Assembly (NCBI GenBank): GCA_964582465.1
Contig: CAZOQX010000001.1
Coordinates: 17,256 to 81,255 of the forward strand
Reading direction: 5' to 3'
DNA from: an uncultured Candidatus Saccharibacteria bacterium
GTDB taxonomy: Bacteria > Patescibacteriota > Saccharimonadia > UBA4664 > CAZOQX01
Length of the DNA: 64,000 nt
Shown here: positions 9,580 through 20,466 of the stretch, piece by piece
How positions within the stretch are numbered: the stretch's first letter is position 1
Layout: each line of letters opens with the position of its first letter
Notes under the pieces: model-generated
The model's input: only the letters and a program-made list of their open reading frames with translations
What the model was told of the DNA's origin: nothing
Databases searched by the model: none
Made by a program: the position numbers and the translations under genes

Positions 9580-10205
9580 TTTTTCGATTTAGAATCGAAC
9601 TTTTTGATCGCCTTGGCCGGAATTCCAGCTATCAACAGCCCCGGCCCAAAGGATTTGGTGACGATAGCTCCGGCGGCCACTACGACTCCAGTACCAAGTT
9701 TTACCCCGTCCAGAATCGTACAGTTAGCAGCTATCCAGCAGTTCTCAGCGATCTCTATACCCAGTGAAGTTTCTCCCTGCTCCTTATATGGCCGGTCAGC
9801 CGCATCAAAATTATGGTTGCTTGAGACTAAGATTGAACCAGCTGCGATCATTGTGTTAGCGCCAATCTTTACCCCGCCCTGACCGTAAACCATCACCCGG
9901 TGTCCAACAAAAGAATGGTGTCCGACTTCGATCCACCCCTTATGCGCCTCCAGTAAAGCAAATTCTCTAATTACTACGTGATCACCGATCGTAATTCGGC
10001 TACTCGGGCTGCCCGCTCCATTTAATACGGCATAATCGTCAATCAGGCATTTTGTTCCGATTTTAATCCGGCGTGGATTCATCAGCTTAGCCCGACCGAT
10101 GGTACTCAGCCGGCCCAGCTTAGCCAGCCGCCACTGCCATAAGACCAAAGTGCGCAGCCAAAGTGCCAGCTTTCTCGGCCTAGAGAGGAAAAAGTTGGTA
10201 TACAT
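9555..10205 (-). CDS. Hexapeptide-repeat (LbH) acyl/acetyltransferase
   Basis: Repeating [LIV]G-x-x-x-x hexapeptide units (IGDHVVI, IGANTMIAAGSIL, LGTGVVVAAGAIV). Typical of sugar O-acetyltransferases. Confidence 0.8.
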   Translation of the reverse strand: MYTNFFLSRPRKLALWLRTLVLWQWRLAKLGRLSTIGRAKLMNPRRIKIGTKCLIDDYAVLNGAGSPSSRITIGDHVVIREFALLEAHKGWIEVGHHSFVGHRVMVYGQGGVKIGANTMIAAGSILVSSNHNFDAADRPYKEQGETSLGIEIAENCWIAANCTILDGVKLGTGVVVAAGAIVTKSFGPGLLIAGIPAKAIKKFDSKSKKWEPVEAK

Positions 10206-10253
10206 AGTTAGTTCTCAAAATGAGTTAACATCATGGTAGGATAGCATGTTCCA

Positions 10254-10919
10254 CTAAACCTTGCGAAAGACCACACTGCCCCAAGCGTCGGGGATGGCGA
10301 TTGGTGACTCAGGCTTGTCATTTAAGAATTCATTAACCGCCCGCGAGCAAGCCCAATTGGATTCTGGGCTGTTGTAGTCATGCACGAAGATGTAACCGCC
10401 CTTGCTGACCCGGTCGTAAAAGAATTTCAAACCTTCTAGAGTCGGTTCGTACTTGTCGAAGTCCAGCACCACGAAAGCAAACGGTTCCTTCTCTAAGCCC
10501 TTGGCGGTGCCGGGGAAGAACCCCTGCCTGATCACGATGTTCTTTTTATCACCTATGGTGGCGAGAACGCTCTCCGCGGAAGTATCCTTAAAACGCTCGT
10601 CCGTCCTAGTGTCCGAATCACGCTCATCAAAGCCGGCGAAAGTGTCGAACAAGTAGAATTTTCGTCCTGGCATTTGGCCGTGAACAAACTTGCTCAGCCG
10701 CCCTTGGTAAACGCCACATTCCGCCAGTGAGCCTGTGATCTTTTCTTTCTCGATCGTTTCCAAAGCCAGTAGCATCGCGCCATAACGGACGGGGTCGTTG
10801 CCAGCCCTCACTATCAGTTTGCGCCGGTCATCTGACAGATATGGCACCATGAACCAACGGCTGGCCAGTTTGTCTATTAGGGTGGAGAAGCCCGGCAGAT
10901 TCTTGAGTTTAAAAGGCAT
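10254..10919 (-). CDS. TylF/MycF-family SAM-dependent O-methyltransferase
   Basis: Macrocin-O-methyltransferase-like motifs: GSLAECGVYQGRL and YIFVHDY near the C-terminus. Confidence 0.7.
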   Translation of the reverse strand: MPFKLKNLPGFSTLIDKLASRWFMVPYLSDDRRKLIVRAGNDPVRYGAMLLALETIEKEKITGSLAECGVYQGRLSKFVHGQMPGRKFYLFDTFAGFDERDSDTRTDERFKDTSAESVLATIGDKKNIVIRQGFFPGTAKGLEKEPFAFVVLDFDKYEPTLEGLKFFYDRVSKGGYIFVHDYNSPESNWACSRAVNEFLNDKPESPIAIPDAWGSVVFRKV

Positions 10920-10936
10920 ACTTGATTACCTTACCA

Positions 10937-11746
10937 TTATTTTTCATCAGCGAGCAGTTCTTCGTCAATCTCCTTATAGCGCTGACGGACGTCCACTCCT
11001 CGCTGCCTTTCCCATAGTTTCAAGTAGGCCACTAAGCGGTAAAACGCCATCAATAAAGCCAAGACTAAACCTATAAATCCGTCTTTATAACCCGATTTTT
11101 TAACATAGCTGAATATAAATTCTCTGATGGGTTTGACAAGGATCATCCGGCGGCGGAATTTTACGCTACCAGCCTCCAGCTGAGAAGCTTCTAAATCCGT
11201 ATAATTATTTAGTTTCGTCACGAAATGGCGCAGGTCATAAAAATTAAAATGAACGACCCCGTTGTGCAAATGGCCGACCTGACCCTTGGTCTCCATAGTT
11301 TCATGTACGTCGCCGCTGTGCCGGCCGTCGGAACGGAATAATCGCAGATGCTCTTCCGACTGCCACCAGCCGCCGTGCTTAACCTGGAAACCAAAAATAT
11401 AGGGTTTAGTAGGAATGCTGAACCCCCAGTAGTGGTCCTGCTCGATTGCGTTTAGGATATCAGTGCGAAGGTCGTGGCTGATTCTTTCGTCGGCGTCGAT
11501 TGAAAGGATCCACTCACTCGTTACTTTTTTAAAGCCGTAATTTTTTTGGTTAGAAAAGGTATCGAATTTTCGATTGAAGACTTTGTTAGTGTATCGCTGG
11601 GCAATTTTTTCAGTTTTATCGGTTGTTCGGGCGTCTATAATGACCACAACTTCATCACAAAAAGAAAGACTTTTGAGGCAGCCCTCAATTAGTTGCTCTT
11701 CATCTTTGGCAATCACTACCGCCGAGATACTGGATTTTTTTGGCAC
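10937..11746 (-). CDS. Glycosyltransferase family 2
   Basis: ISAVVIAKDEEQLIEGCLKSL...VVVIIDARTTDKT GT-A N-terminal motif. Confidence 0.8.
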   Translation of the reverse strand: MPKKSSISAVVIAKDEEQLIEGCLKSLSFCDEVVVIIDARTTDKTEKIAQRYTNKVFNRKFDTFSNQKNYGFKKVTSEWILSIDADERISHDLRTDILNAIEQDHYWGFSIPTKPYIFGFQVKHGGWWQSEEHLRLFRSDGRHSGDVHETMETKGQVGHLHNGVVHFNFYDLRHFVTKLNNYTDLEASQLEAGSVKFRRRMILVKPIREFIFSYVKKSGYKDGFIGLVLALLMAFYRLVAYLKLWERQRGVDVRQRYKEIDEELLADEK

Positions 11747-11787
11747 GGGCTCCTCACACTAGATAGTGGAATTATAGCAAACCGCTT

Positions 11788-12642
11788 TTAGCTAGAATAA
11801 GGGCGGTTAAGGAATCGTTTGGCTGCATACTTGAGTTTCATTATAGCAAAGCCTACCTGAATAGCGGTGATTGCTAGCAACGCCGCAACAGGATTGAAGT
11901 GCCGCCTCACGTAATCAACGCGGTTTGCGAGCATAGTACGGTTCATCAATTTGCGCTCTGGGGCGTTGTTTTCGGTGCTTTTACCACCATGATGAGTCAA
12001 CACAGCATCGGGCAAATAAACGATTTTTTTGCCGGCTTCTCTTAAGGCATGGCCGAGCTCCACGTCCTCGACGTACATAAAATATCTCTCGTTGAAGCCG
12101 CCCACCGCCCTAAAGTCTTCGACGCGAATCATGAAAGCGGCCCCGCTGAATGATTCTACAGGCGCCGGTTTTTTTATTTCTGAGGGGCGATACCAGGCGG
12201 TCATATGGCCGAATAAGTATTCTGAGGCGACGTTTCCCAGGTTGGGCAGGCGGGCAATATTATTTTGCACGGATCCATCGGTTTCGAGCAGCCGTGGCAC
12301 TACGGCACTGATGTCGTGGTGTGTGTCCAGGTATTTGGCCATCTTGCTGATGGATTTAGTGAGGTCGAGCGAATCAGGGTTGATGAAGGCGAGGTATTCG
12401 CCTTGAGCTTCCCGAACGCCCATGTTACAGCCCTTGGCAAAGCCGAGGTTTTGATTATTGCGGATCAATTTGATCTCAGGGAATTTGCTCGCGATTAGAT
12501 CAGCCGACCCGTCGCTGGAAGCATTATCAACTACGATGAACTCGCGGCTTGGGTTTGAGCCCATGAGCGAATTAATACAGTCAATGGTAAAGCCAGCCGA
12601 ATTGTAAGTGACCTGGATGACCGAGACCTTGGGCCGGATCAT
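11788..12642 (-). CDS. Glycosyltransferase family 2
   Basis: VSVIQVTYNSAGFTIDCINSL...FIVVDNASSDGS GT-A motifs. 4-nt overlap with wzx. Confidence 0.8.
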   Translation of the reverse strand: MIRPKVSVIQVTYNSAGFTIDCINSLMGSNPSREFIVVDNASSDGSADLIASKFPEIKLIRNNQNLGFAKGCNMGVREAQGEYLAFINPDSLDLTKSISKMAKYLDTHHDISAVVPRLLETDGSVQNNIARLPNLGNVASEYLFGHMTAWYRPSEIKKPAPVESFSGAAFMIRVEDFRAVGGFNERYFMYVEDVELGHALREAGKKIVYLPDAVLTHHGGKSTENNAPERKLMNRTMLANRVDYVRRHFNPVAALLAITAIQVGFAIMKLKYAAKRFLNRPYSS

Positions 12643-14099
12643 TTTACGCCCGCCAATTCCTTCAGCTCACGCATCGAAAACGAGCGCAGCAGGATATTTA
12701 TAACTAGGTAGGCGCTCCCTCCAGCGAGAACGCTAATTACAACCGGCCAACCAGCAGCATTCAAGGTATACACCAGCACCCCCATTAACCCAGCTGCAAG
12801 TAAGGTGCGCCATAGGGTTGCTGGCCAAACCATGACCCCGATTTGTCGCTTGAGCAGATACAAATAGGTCAGCATTATCAGGGCTTCCGAAGCGAGTGTG
12901 TTATAGGCGGCGGCCATATAGCCAAAATGGGGGATCAAAGCAAAGTTCAGACTAACGTTTAAGACTAGACTCGCAATATTTACGTATAAGGCGTCTTTGT
13001 GGCGGTCCATGGCGATAATTGCTAGACCAAGCAGGGTATTAAAGAAACTGATGGCGCCAGAGACCATCAGAACTTTAAGCGGTGCCGAAGAGGCGGTGAA
13101 GGCGTGGCCACCGATCAAAAGGGCGATCGGCAAAGACAGAATTACTCCGCCAACGGCCATGGGTGCACCGACGAAAAGCAGAAAACGTCCTGCCTTTGCA
13201 ACGATATTGGCAAATTTTTCTTTATTCTCATGATTACGGGCGAGCAGAGGGAAAATCGTGGTACCGAAAATGACTGGAAAGATTAGCATAATATCTAAAA
13301 GCTTGTAGGCTGCTGCATAAATTCCCACATCATGGGCTGGCTTAAGTAGGGAAAGGATGATCGTATCAACCTTGAAATAAATACTGCTTACGACGTAGGC
13401 TAGCCCGAGCGGAACTGATATCCAAAAAAGCTTGTAGAAACGGCTCAGATCAACCTGGCGCCGCTCGAAACGGAATCTCTCTCGCTTGGCGAGCGCCCAG
13501 AGTACCGCAGCAAAGGCAATGTTACCGAGAACTGAAGCTACAACCAGGGCAAAGATGCCCAAGTGCAGCCAGATTACAGCGATTATGAGGATTAAATTGC
13601 CAACCCGGCTGGTAACTTCAGCCACCGACACCAGATAGTTCTTCAGTCTCACCTGGAATAGCGAAGATAGCGAAGTAATAACGAGGTTAGAAAAAAGAGT
13701 AGTGGAAAGTATCGCGATACCGAGCTTAATAGTGAAGTCGTGCCGGTATAACAGCGCTCCGAGCAGAATCGAGCCCAGCAGCAACGGTACCGTAAGCAGC
13801 GTTCGTCCCCAGAGCGAGGATGAAATGAGCGCCGGCAGTTTTTCCGGTTCTCGCGACGCTTCTTTCGTGATCATGGTGGTTATGCCCCAGTCGCTCAGGT
13901 TATAAAGAAAAGCTACGAAGGTAAGAATAACAGTTAGACGGCCGTAACCGGAGGCACCAAGGTACCGGGTTTGCAGCGTTATCGAGAGTAACCCGATCAC
14001 AAGCAGAAGCAAGCGACTGGCAAATTGGGCTGCGGTGTTATAAAAGACTCGGCTAGATGTGCTTTTGGAGAAGAGGGTTTTGAGATTGGGGATGGTCAC
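12639..14099 (-). CDS. wzx: Wzx-type polysaccharide flippase (MOP superfamily)
   Basis: 486 aa with about 12 TM helices. Architecture is typical of the polysaccharide biosynthesis protein/flippase family, within a glycan locus. Confidence 0.75.
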   Translation of the reverse strand: MTIPNLKTLFSKSTSSRVFYNTAAQFASRLLLLVIGLLSITLQTRYLGASGYGRLTVILTFVAFLYNLSDWGITTMITKEASREPEKLPALISSSLWGRTLLTVPLLLGSILLGALLYRHDFTIKLGIAILSTTLFSNLVITSLSSLFQVRLKNYLVSVAEVTSRVGNLILIIAVIWLHLGIFALVVASVLGNIAFAAVLWALAKRERFRFERRQVDLSRFYKLFWISVPLGLAYVVSSIYFKVDTIILSLLKPAHDVGIYAAAYKLLDIMLIFPVIFGTTIFPLLARNHENKEKFANIVAKAGRFLLFVGAPMAVGGVILSLPIALLIGGHAFTASSAPLKVLMVSGAISFFNTLLGLAIIAMDRHKDALYVNIASLVLNVSLNFALIPHFGYMAAAYNTLASEALIMLTYLYLLKRQIGVMVWPATLWRTLLAAGLMGVLVYTLNAAGWPVVISVLAGGSAYLVINILLRSFSMRELKELAGVK

Positions 14100-14169
14100 A
14101 AGTTTAGCTTTTTAAGCTAAACTCATTGTACCGTGACATCAAACTCCATGCCAATGTCAGGGTCACGGC

Positions 14170-16374
14170 CTATTGTACAGCTACCACTAAGTAGGTATCA
14201 GGGTTGTTAAATGCGCCACCTACGCTACCTTCAAGCACGGGTCTAAAGTATTCTTGATAGCGACCAGAACCAACATTAGTTGGTGCATTAAATGTAAACG
14301 TAAACTTAGCAATCTGTCCGGGTTGAACAATGTGCTGGCTAGTCGCGAGAGTGCTGCCATCTGCCTCGTAGACGGCAGTAAATGTTACAGCCGGACGATT
14401 ATGGTTAGGCCACTGCGAGCCAAAAACGCTTGCACGATTATCTGGATGTGAGGTGGCTAGATGTACTGGCAATGCACCCTGCACCGATCCGTATGAAGCA
14501 TCATCATACCAAGGCACATTGCCAGCATTTTTATATTCTAGGAAAGCCGCCGAGGAGCCGCCCGCGTTAAGTGTGGGCCAACTGGATTCAGCTGCGTACT
14601 GCGCTACATACTGCGCAGTAGTTAAACTGATACCAATAAAGGTGCCTGGATCGTTAAAGTTAATACCGGAACTACCTTCAAGCACGGGAGCCAGATACTC
14701 GCGGTAGAACCCCCCCGGAGCGTTAATTGGCGCAGTAAAAGAGTAGATAAATTTGGCAATCTGGCCTGGTTGCACCACATGTTGGTTGCCGGCCAGGGTG
14801 GACCCATTTGCCTCGTAGACGGTAGCGAAGTTGAGCGCTGGACGGTTGTGGTTTGCCCATCCGTCGCCAAAAAGACTGATGCGGTTGACTGGTGCAGCCG
14901 TCGCCAAGTGGACCGGCAGAGCACCCGGCGCTGGGACATAAGAGCTATCATCGTACCAGGGCATATTACCGGTATTCTTGTACTCCATGTACGACTGGGC
15001 CGAGCTGCCAGCGGTCAGAGACACCCAGTCAGATTGGCCGGCAAATTGCGCTGTATAATGGGCGGCCTGCACGTTGATTACCAGGTAGGTATTTGGTTCA
15101 TTAAAGGATCCACCTACACTTCCCTCAAGTACCGGCCTAAAGTACTCTTGGTACACCCCAGCGCTTAAATCATCCTGGATGACTAGGTTAAAACTAAACT
15201 TCACAATCTGTCCGGGTTGAACAATGTGCTGGCTAGTCGCGAGAGTGCTGCCATCTGCCTCGTAGACGGCAGTAAATGTTACAGCCGGACGATTATGGTT
15301 AGGCCACTGCGAGCCAAAAACGCTTGCACGATTATCTGGATGTGAGGTGGCTAGATGTACTGGCAATGCACCCTGCACCGATCCGTATGAAGCATCATCA
15401 TACCAAGGGCTATTACCTACATTTTTATATTCCAGAAATGCTGCCGATGTGTTGCCTGGTAGCGAGCTAACCCAATTTGACTGGCCGGCAAATTGAGCTG
15501 CATAGGGTGCTGCCAGAGTGGAGCCAAACCAATCACTGAATAGTCGCCAGAAATTGCGATTGCCATAGCTCGAGCAGCCATCGCCTGTGCCGTATAAGTT
15601 ATTTAGCGCCGCCTGGTTGGGGACGTAGGGGGTGTAGATGTAAAGATTGGCCGTGGCTTGGTTCTGGATGAAGACGGTTTCATAGCCGCAGGCACCATTG
15701 GGGTTATAAAGAATGTTGTTATTTTGCCCGGTGCGATAGGAGTAGTTGCCAGGATTATTGTAGTAAAGCCGGAATTGCCAGGCAGCTTTGGTCACTTGGT
15801 TGGCAAAACCGAAATATTGGCTATCACAGGCAGCTCCATCTGGGCAGCCATAACCGGTGGCCGTCCTGTATTGATTTGTCCAAGGCCAGTCATCCGTGAT
15901 CAAGCTAGACTCTTTTTGGATCAGCACGATCAACACCTCGGGATTAATAGAATATTGTTGGCTTGCGTTATAGATAATTTGAGCAGCGCTAATAGCTCCA
16001 CTGGGAATCGGCTGTCCGCCGTAGTTATTAGCGTGGGTGGAGGTATTTTCGTAATAATCTTTCAGGCAGGTATAGGGGGGCGGAAAGTTGGGATCAAGAT
16101 TTTTGCGTAGGATATTGCCGTTATAGGTGTGGCCACCATAGGTTCCATAAAAGGGCTGATTGCCTCCTGTGTCGCAAGTTGGCACCTTGGCGTTTAGGAA
16201 GTTTTGGATATCACTTACACCCATAGCTGCAGTGTTTGTAAAAATTTGATCATCGATAATTCTGCCCGGGATGAAGTCGGAGCCGGTGACGGCTTTGGCA
16301 TGGCTAGTCGAAACGAGTGAAACCAAAACGCCAAGCGCTATCAGAAAGCCTAGCTTAAAGAGTCGCGATTTCAT
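14170..16374 (-). CDS. Secreted 734-aa surface protein: N-terminal domain of unknown (possibly glycan-hydrolase-like) function followed by three ~130-aa beta-rich repeats
   Basis: Signal peptide MKSRLFKLGFLIALGVLVSLVSTSHA. Three repeats begin YAAQFAGQS(N/D)WVS... and end ...VLEGSVGG(S/A)FN(E/N)P(N/D)TYLV. The outer two repeats are identical at nucleotide level over 205 bp. Confidence 0.7.
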   Translation of the reverse strand: MKSRLFKLGFLIALGVLVSLVSTSHAKAVTGSDFIPGRIIDDQIFTNTAAMGVSDIQNFLNAKVPTCDTGGNQPFYGTYGGHTYNGNILRKNLDPNFPPPYTCLKDYYENTSTHANNYGGQPIPSGAISAAQIIYNASQQYSINPEVLIVLIQKESSLITDDWPWTNQYRTATGYGCPDGAACDSQYFGFANQVTKAAWQFRLYYNNPGNYSYRTGQNNNILYNPNGACGYETVFIQNQATANLYIYTPYVPNQAALNNLYGTGDGCSSYGNRNFWRLFSDWFGSTLAAPYAAQFAGQSNWVSSLPGNTSAAFLEYKNVGNSPWYDDASYGSVQGALPVHLATSHPDNRASVFGSQWPNHNRPAVTFTAVYEADGSTLATSQHIVQPGQIVKFSFNLVIQDDLSAGVYQEYFRPVLEGSVGGSFNEPNTYLVINVQAAHYTAQFAGQSDWVSLTAGSSAQSYMEYKNTGNMPWYDDSSYVPAPGALPVHLATAAPVNRISLFGDGWANHNRPALNFATVYEANGSTLAGNQHVVQPGQIAKFIYSFTAPINAPGGFYREYLAPVLEGSSGINFNDPGTFIGISLTTAQYVAQYAAESSWPTLNAGGSSAAFLEYKNAGNVPWYDDASYGSVQGALPVHLATSHPDNRASVFGSQWPNHNRPAVTFTAVYEADGSTLATSQHIVQPGQIAKFTFTFNAPTNVGSGRYQEYFRPVLEGSVGGAFNNPDTYLVVAVQ
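14310..14514. repeat. 205-bp intragenic direct repeat, copy 1 (100% identical to 15204..15408)
   Basis: Identical string caatctgtccgggttgaacaatgtgctggctagtcgcgagag...catcatcataccaagg seen by eye at both positions. The middle repeat copy is diverged. Confidence 0.85.
15204..15408. repeat. 205-bp intragenic direct repeat, copy 2
   Basis: See copy 1. The perfect identity suggests recent gene conversion or recombination. Confidence 0.85.
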
Positions 16375-16973
16375 TTTGTCACCGTGAAGTCTTGAGTGAA
16401 CGAGGCCGAGCTGCTACCAGCTTGAGCGATGACTTTGACTGTCCAATTACCGGCTGAAAATTGATCAAGGGGAACGCTGAGGACGCAGCTGTACTGGGTG
16501 CCCGTAAAGGTGAGCGTACCAGGTTTTACAATATCGCTCTGCCCGGCCTTAGAAAAAGTCGCCTGGCAGCTGCTGGGAGTGCCGCCGCTGACTTGCGCTC
16601 TCACATCCACGGTGCCATTGCTGGTTTGACCGGCGCCGGTCACAAAAATGGACAAGCTACTCGAAGTTGTTCCACCGTTTGAGGTTTGCTTGGACTCGTC
16701 CTGAATACTGATGGTAGATTTAGCGGCGTCGCCCGGATTGCTACTCTTAGTCTGGGCGGTACCGTTTTTGGTACTATCACTGGCTTGAGTGGGGTTGCTT
16801 GTAAGGGACGGCCCTGGCTTAGCCTTACCATGATTCGAATACCAAAGATAACTCGCCGTCGCAATACCCGCCAGAGCTACGGCGATCAGGGCAGAGATAA
16901 CTAATTTTTTTTGCGCAATTTTGCGGATCATTTCGCCCCTACTTTTTTGTTTCATTAGCATAACCAAAATCAA
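16371..16973 (-). CDS. Membrane-anchored Ser/Thr-rich protein with C-terminal Ig-like beta domain
   Basis: N-terminal TM (LVISALIAVALAGIATASYL), a long S/T/G/N-rich linker and a C-terminal beta-rich domain. Stop/start ATGA overlap with the 734-aa surface protein gene. The start may be an internal Met. Confidence 0.5.
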   Translation of the reverse strand: MILVMLMKQKSRGEMIRKIAQKKLVISALIAVALAGIATASYLWYSNHGKAKPGPSLTSNPTQASDSTKNGTAQTKSSNPGDAAKSTISIQDESKQTSNGGTTSSSLSIFVTGAGQTSNGTVDVRAQVSGGTPSSCQATFSKAGQSDIVKPGTLTFTGTQYSCVLSVPLDQFSAGNWTVKVIAQAGSSSASFTQDFTVTK

Positions 16974-17037
16974 TCTAATTATAATCAGTCAAAGCTCCAA
17001 ATTCAAGATGGCTCAAGCAATGATAGTTTGGCTTAAA

Positions 17038-17907
17038 CTAGTGGCCGTCCTTCACGATGTCTAGCAGGTACTGGCCATAACCACTTTTGACGAACTTTTG
17101 GGCTAATTTCTCGAGCTGAGCAGCATTAATGTAACCTTCCCGCCAGGCAATTTCTTCGATGCAGCCAATCTTCAAACCTTGGCGTTCCTCGATGATTTGG
17201 ACGAATTGCGAAGATTGCATCATCGAGGCGAAAGTGCCGGTGTCGAGCCAGGCGGTGCCGCGGTCGAGCACCATGACCTCGAGCTTGCCCTTCTTCAGGT
17301 AGGTGTTATTAACGTCGGTTATCTCCAGCTCGCCGCGACCGCTCGGCTCAAGATTTTTAGCAATTTCAACCACGTCGTTGTCGTAAAAGTAGAGACCGGT
17401 GACTGCGTAATTAGTTTTGGGCTCATCTGGCTTCTCCTCGATGGAGATCGCCCGGTTGGCCTTATCGAACTCCACGACGCCGTAGCGCTCGGGGTCATCC
17501 ACGCGGTAGGCGAAAATCACCCCGCCGTCGGTGTCGGTATATTTCTTTAATTGGTCGCCAAATCCGACACCGTAGAAGATGTTATCGCCAAGAATCATGG
17601 CGACTTTGTCTTTACCAATAAATTTCTCGCCGACAATAAAGGCTTCGGCTAGACCACCTGGCCTCTCCTGGGCCTTGTAGCTGAATTTGCAGCCCAGCTC
17701 TGAGCCGTCGCCCAGCAATTTCTCAAAGCTAGGCAGGTCATGCGGCGTGGAAATGATTAAAATGTCACGAATGCCCGCGAGCATCAGGGTCGAGAGCGGG
17801 TAATAGACCATTGGCTTGTCGTACACCGGCATAATCTGCTTGGAAATCGCGAGCGAGGCCGGCCTCAGCCTCGTCGCCACCCCGCCGGCTAGCACTATGC
17901 CCTTCAT
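17038..17907 (-). CDS. rmlA: Glucose-1-phosphate thymidylyltransferase
   Basis: [55 protein letters not shown] is near-canonical RmlA. Confidence 0.9.
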   Translation of the reverse strand: MKGIVLAGGVATRLRPASLAISKQIMPVYDKPMVYYPLSTLMLAGIRDILIISTPHDLPSFEKLLGDGSELGCKFSYKAQERPGGLAEAFIVGEKFIGKDKVAMILGDNIFYGVGFGDQLKKYTDTDGGVIFAYRVDDPERYGVVEFDKANRAISIEEKPDEPKTNYAVTGLYFYDNDVVEIAKNLEPSGRGELEITDVNNTYLKKGKLEVMVLDRGTAWLDTGTFASMMQSSQFVQIIEERQGLKIGCIEEIAWREGYINAAQLEKLAQKFVKSGYGQYLLDIVKDGH

Positions 17908-18845
17908 TTATAGAGACTTTCAAAGACGTTGTTTACGACTGTGCGCTGACGTGAGGCCTCGGCGGTTTGCTCTAGTACTTTTTGCACCTCGGCCTTGTCC
18001 AGGCTTTTTAGATTTTTGCCGAGCTCGATCACAATTTCCTCCAGCCGCTCCTTATAAGGATTGGCCGTCACGCCGAATTCTTGCAGTTTGGTCACATCGA
18101 GCACGGTGTCGACGCGTTTGTTGGGGGTTAATTTATCGAGTTCGGCCTTGGAAATTTTCTCTGGCTCCAGATCGGGCAGGATGTGTTTTTTAATTAACAG
18201 GCCAATATCGTAGGGCGTGGTCCAGCCGGTGTTTGCGACATGGTAGATACCGGTGGCGTCTTTCTCGATCAGTTGGTCGGTCCAGTCCATCAAATCTTCA
18301 ATCACCGTTCCGGAGTTAGGCGTGTCGATGAACTTGGAGAAGGTCAGCATTTTTACCAGCATGTTCTTGTGGTTGACCTGAGCCGACACTGGTTGGCGCG
18401 GCCGCAGTATGAGGCATTTGAAATTGTCGGAGCGTTCAAAGCCAATCATCTCCTCGGCCCACACCTTAGTCCAGCCGTAGTAGGAGTCGGGGTTCGGGAG
18501 GTCAGTTTCCACCTTGGCGTCCTTGCCGCTGACGCTGGAGTAGATGCAGCCACTGGAGTAGTGAATAAAATAAATGTTCTTTTCGTCGGCGACTCGTGCA
18601 ATATTGGCTGCCCCGAGCACATTAACAGCAAAAGATTCTAGGCGGTGCAGACCGCACCACTCCAGGTTGGTTTTAGCAGCGGTATTAATAATGATGTCGG
18701 GCTGGGCTGACTCGACGGCCTGCTGTACTTCCTCGATGTGGCGGATATCAGCCTCGGCTACGCTGGCATCATAGTCCGAATCCCGCCAATGCTCTAGGTA
18801 GAAGTTAGCAATCTGCCCATTACCGAAAATTAGTACCTTTTTCAC
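17904..18845 (-). CDS. SDR-family NAD(P)-dependent sugar-nucleotide reductase/epimerase, RmlD-like, with C-terminal ~80-aa extension
   Basis: Degenerate N-terminal Rossmann motif (IFGNGQIA) and a YGWTK catalytic Y-x3-K. Position between rmlA and rmlB fits dTDP-4-dehydrorhamnose reductase. The C-terminal tail is unusual. Confidence 0.55.
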   Translation of the reverse strand: MKKVLIFGNGQIANFYLEHWRDSDYDASVAEADIRHIEEVQQAVESAQPDIIINTAAKTNLEWCGLHRLESFAVNVLGAANIARVADEKNIYFIHYSSGCIYSSVSGKDAKVETDLPNPDSYYGWTKVWAEEMIGFERSDNFKCLILRPRQPVSAQVNHKNMLVKMLTFSKFIDTPNSGTVIEDLMDWTDQLIEKDATGIYHVANTGWTTPYDIGLLIKKHILPDLEPEKISKAELDKLTPNKRVDTVLDVTKLQEFGVTANPYKERLEEIVIELGKNLKSLDKAEVQKVLEQTAEASRQRTVVNNVFESLYK

Positions 18846-18859
18846 ACTGCCTCCTTGGT

Positions 18860-19888
<1,029 letters not shown>

Positions 19889-19890
19889 CT

Positions 19891-20430
19891 ATGAAATCAC
19901 CTTGGCAGAAACGGTCTTCGCGAGTTGTGTACAAAAATCCTTGGTTTACGATTCGAGAAGACCAAGTCATAAAGCCTGACGGGCAACCGGGCATATATAG
20001 TGTCGCTGAGTACCCCGGGGCCGTATTGGTGGTAGCTCTGACTGATCAACTGGAGGTTTGTCTCATTAATCAGTACCGTTACCCTGTTGGGAAGTGGCTC
20101 TGGGAATTGCCCTGCGGTGGCATTGGGGATGAAGAAGCTCTCATAGCCGCACGGAGAGAACTCCAAGAAGAAACTGGTCAGCTAGCCGATGAGTGGCAGC
20201 ATCTCGGACACTTTTATTCACTCAAGGGATCTACCGATGAAACCGTTCAGGTCTTCCTAGCCACTAACCTCAGCCCGGCCGAGACCAACGATATGGCCGT
20301 GGAGGGAATCCGCCGAATGGAGCGCGTACCCTTGAAACAGGTCTGGGACATGGTTAAACAGGGAAAGCTGACGGATGGACAGAGTATTGCCGCCCTAACC
20401 ATGGCCGCTTTGCGCCTAGGCTTGTTTTAG
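19891..20430 (+). CDS. NUDIX hydrolase (ADP-ribose pyrophosphatase-like)
   Basis: Nudix box GGIGDEEALIAARRELQEETG. Confidence 0.8.
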   Translation: MKSPWQKRSSRVVYKNPWFTIREDQVIKPDGQPGIYSVAEYPGAVLVVALTDQLEVCLINQYRYPVGKWLWELPCGGIGDEEALIAARRELQEETGQLADEWQHLGHFYSLKGSTDETVQVFLATNLSPAETNDMAVEGIRRMERVPLKQVWDMVKQGKLTDGQSIAALTMAALRLGLF

Positions 20431-20466
20431 GATTGCTGCGCCCGCCCGCCCCCGGCTATAATAAGC

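Noticed and set aside
14254-16110. Plus-strand ORFs (65-150 aa) lying inside the 734-aa surface-protein gene
   Set aside because: They are shadow ORFs on the antisense strand of a long, repeat-containing, clearly coding minus-strand gene.
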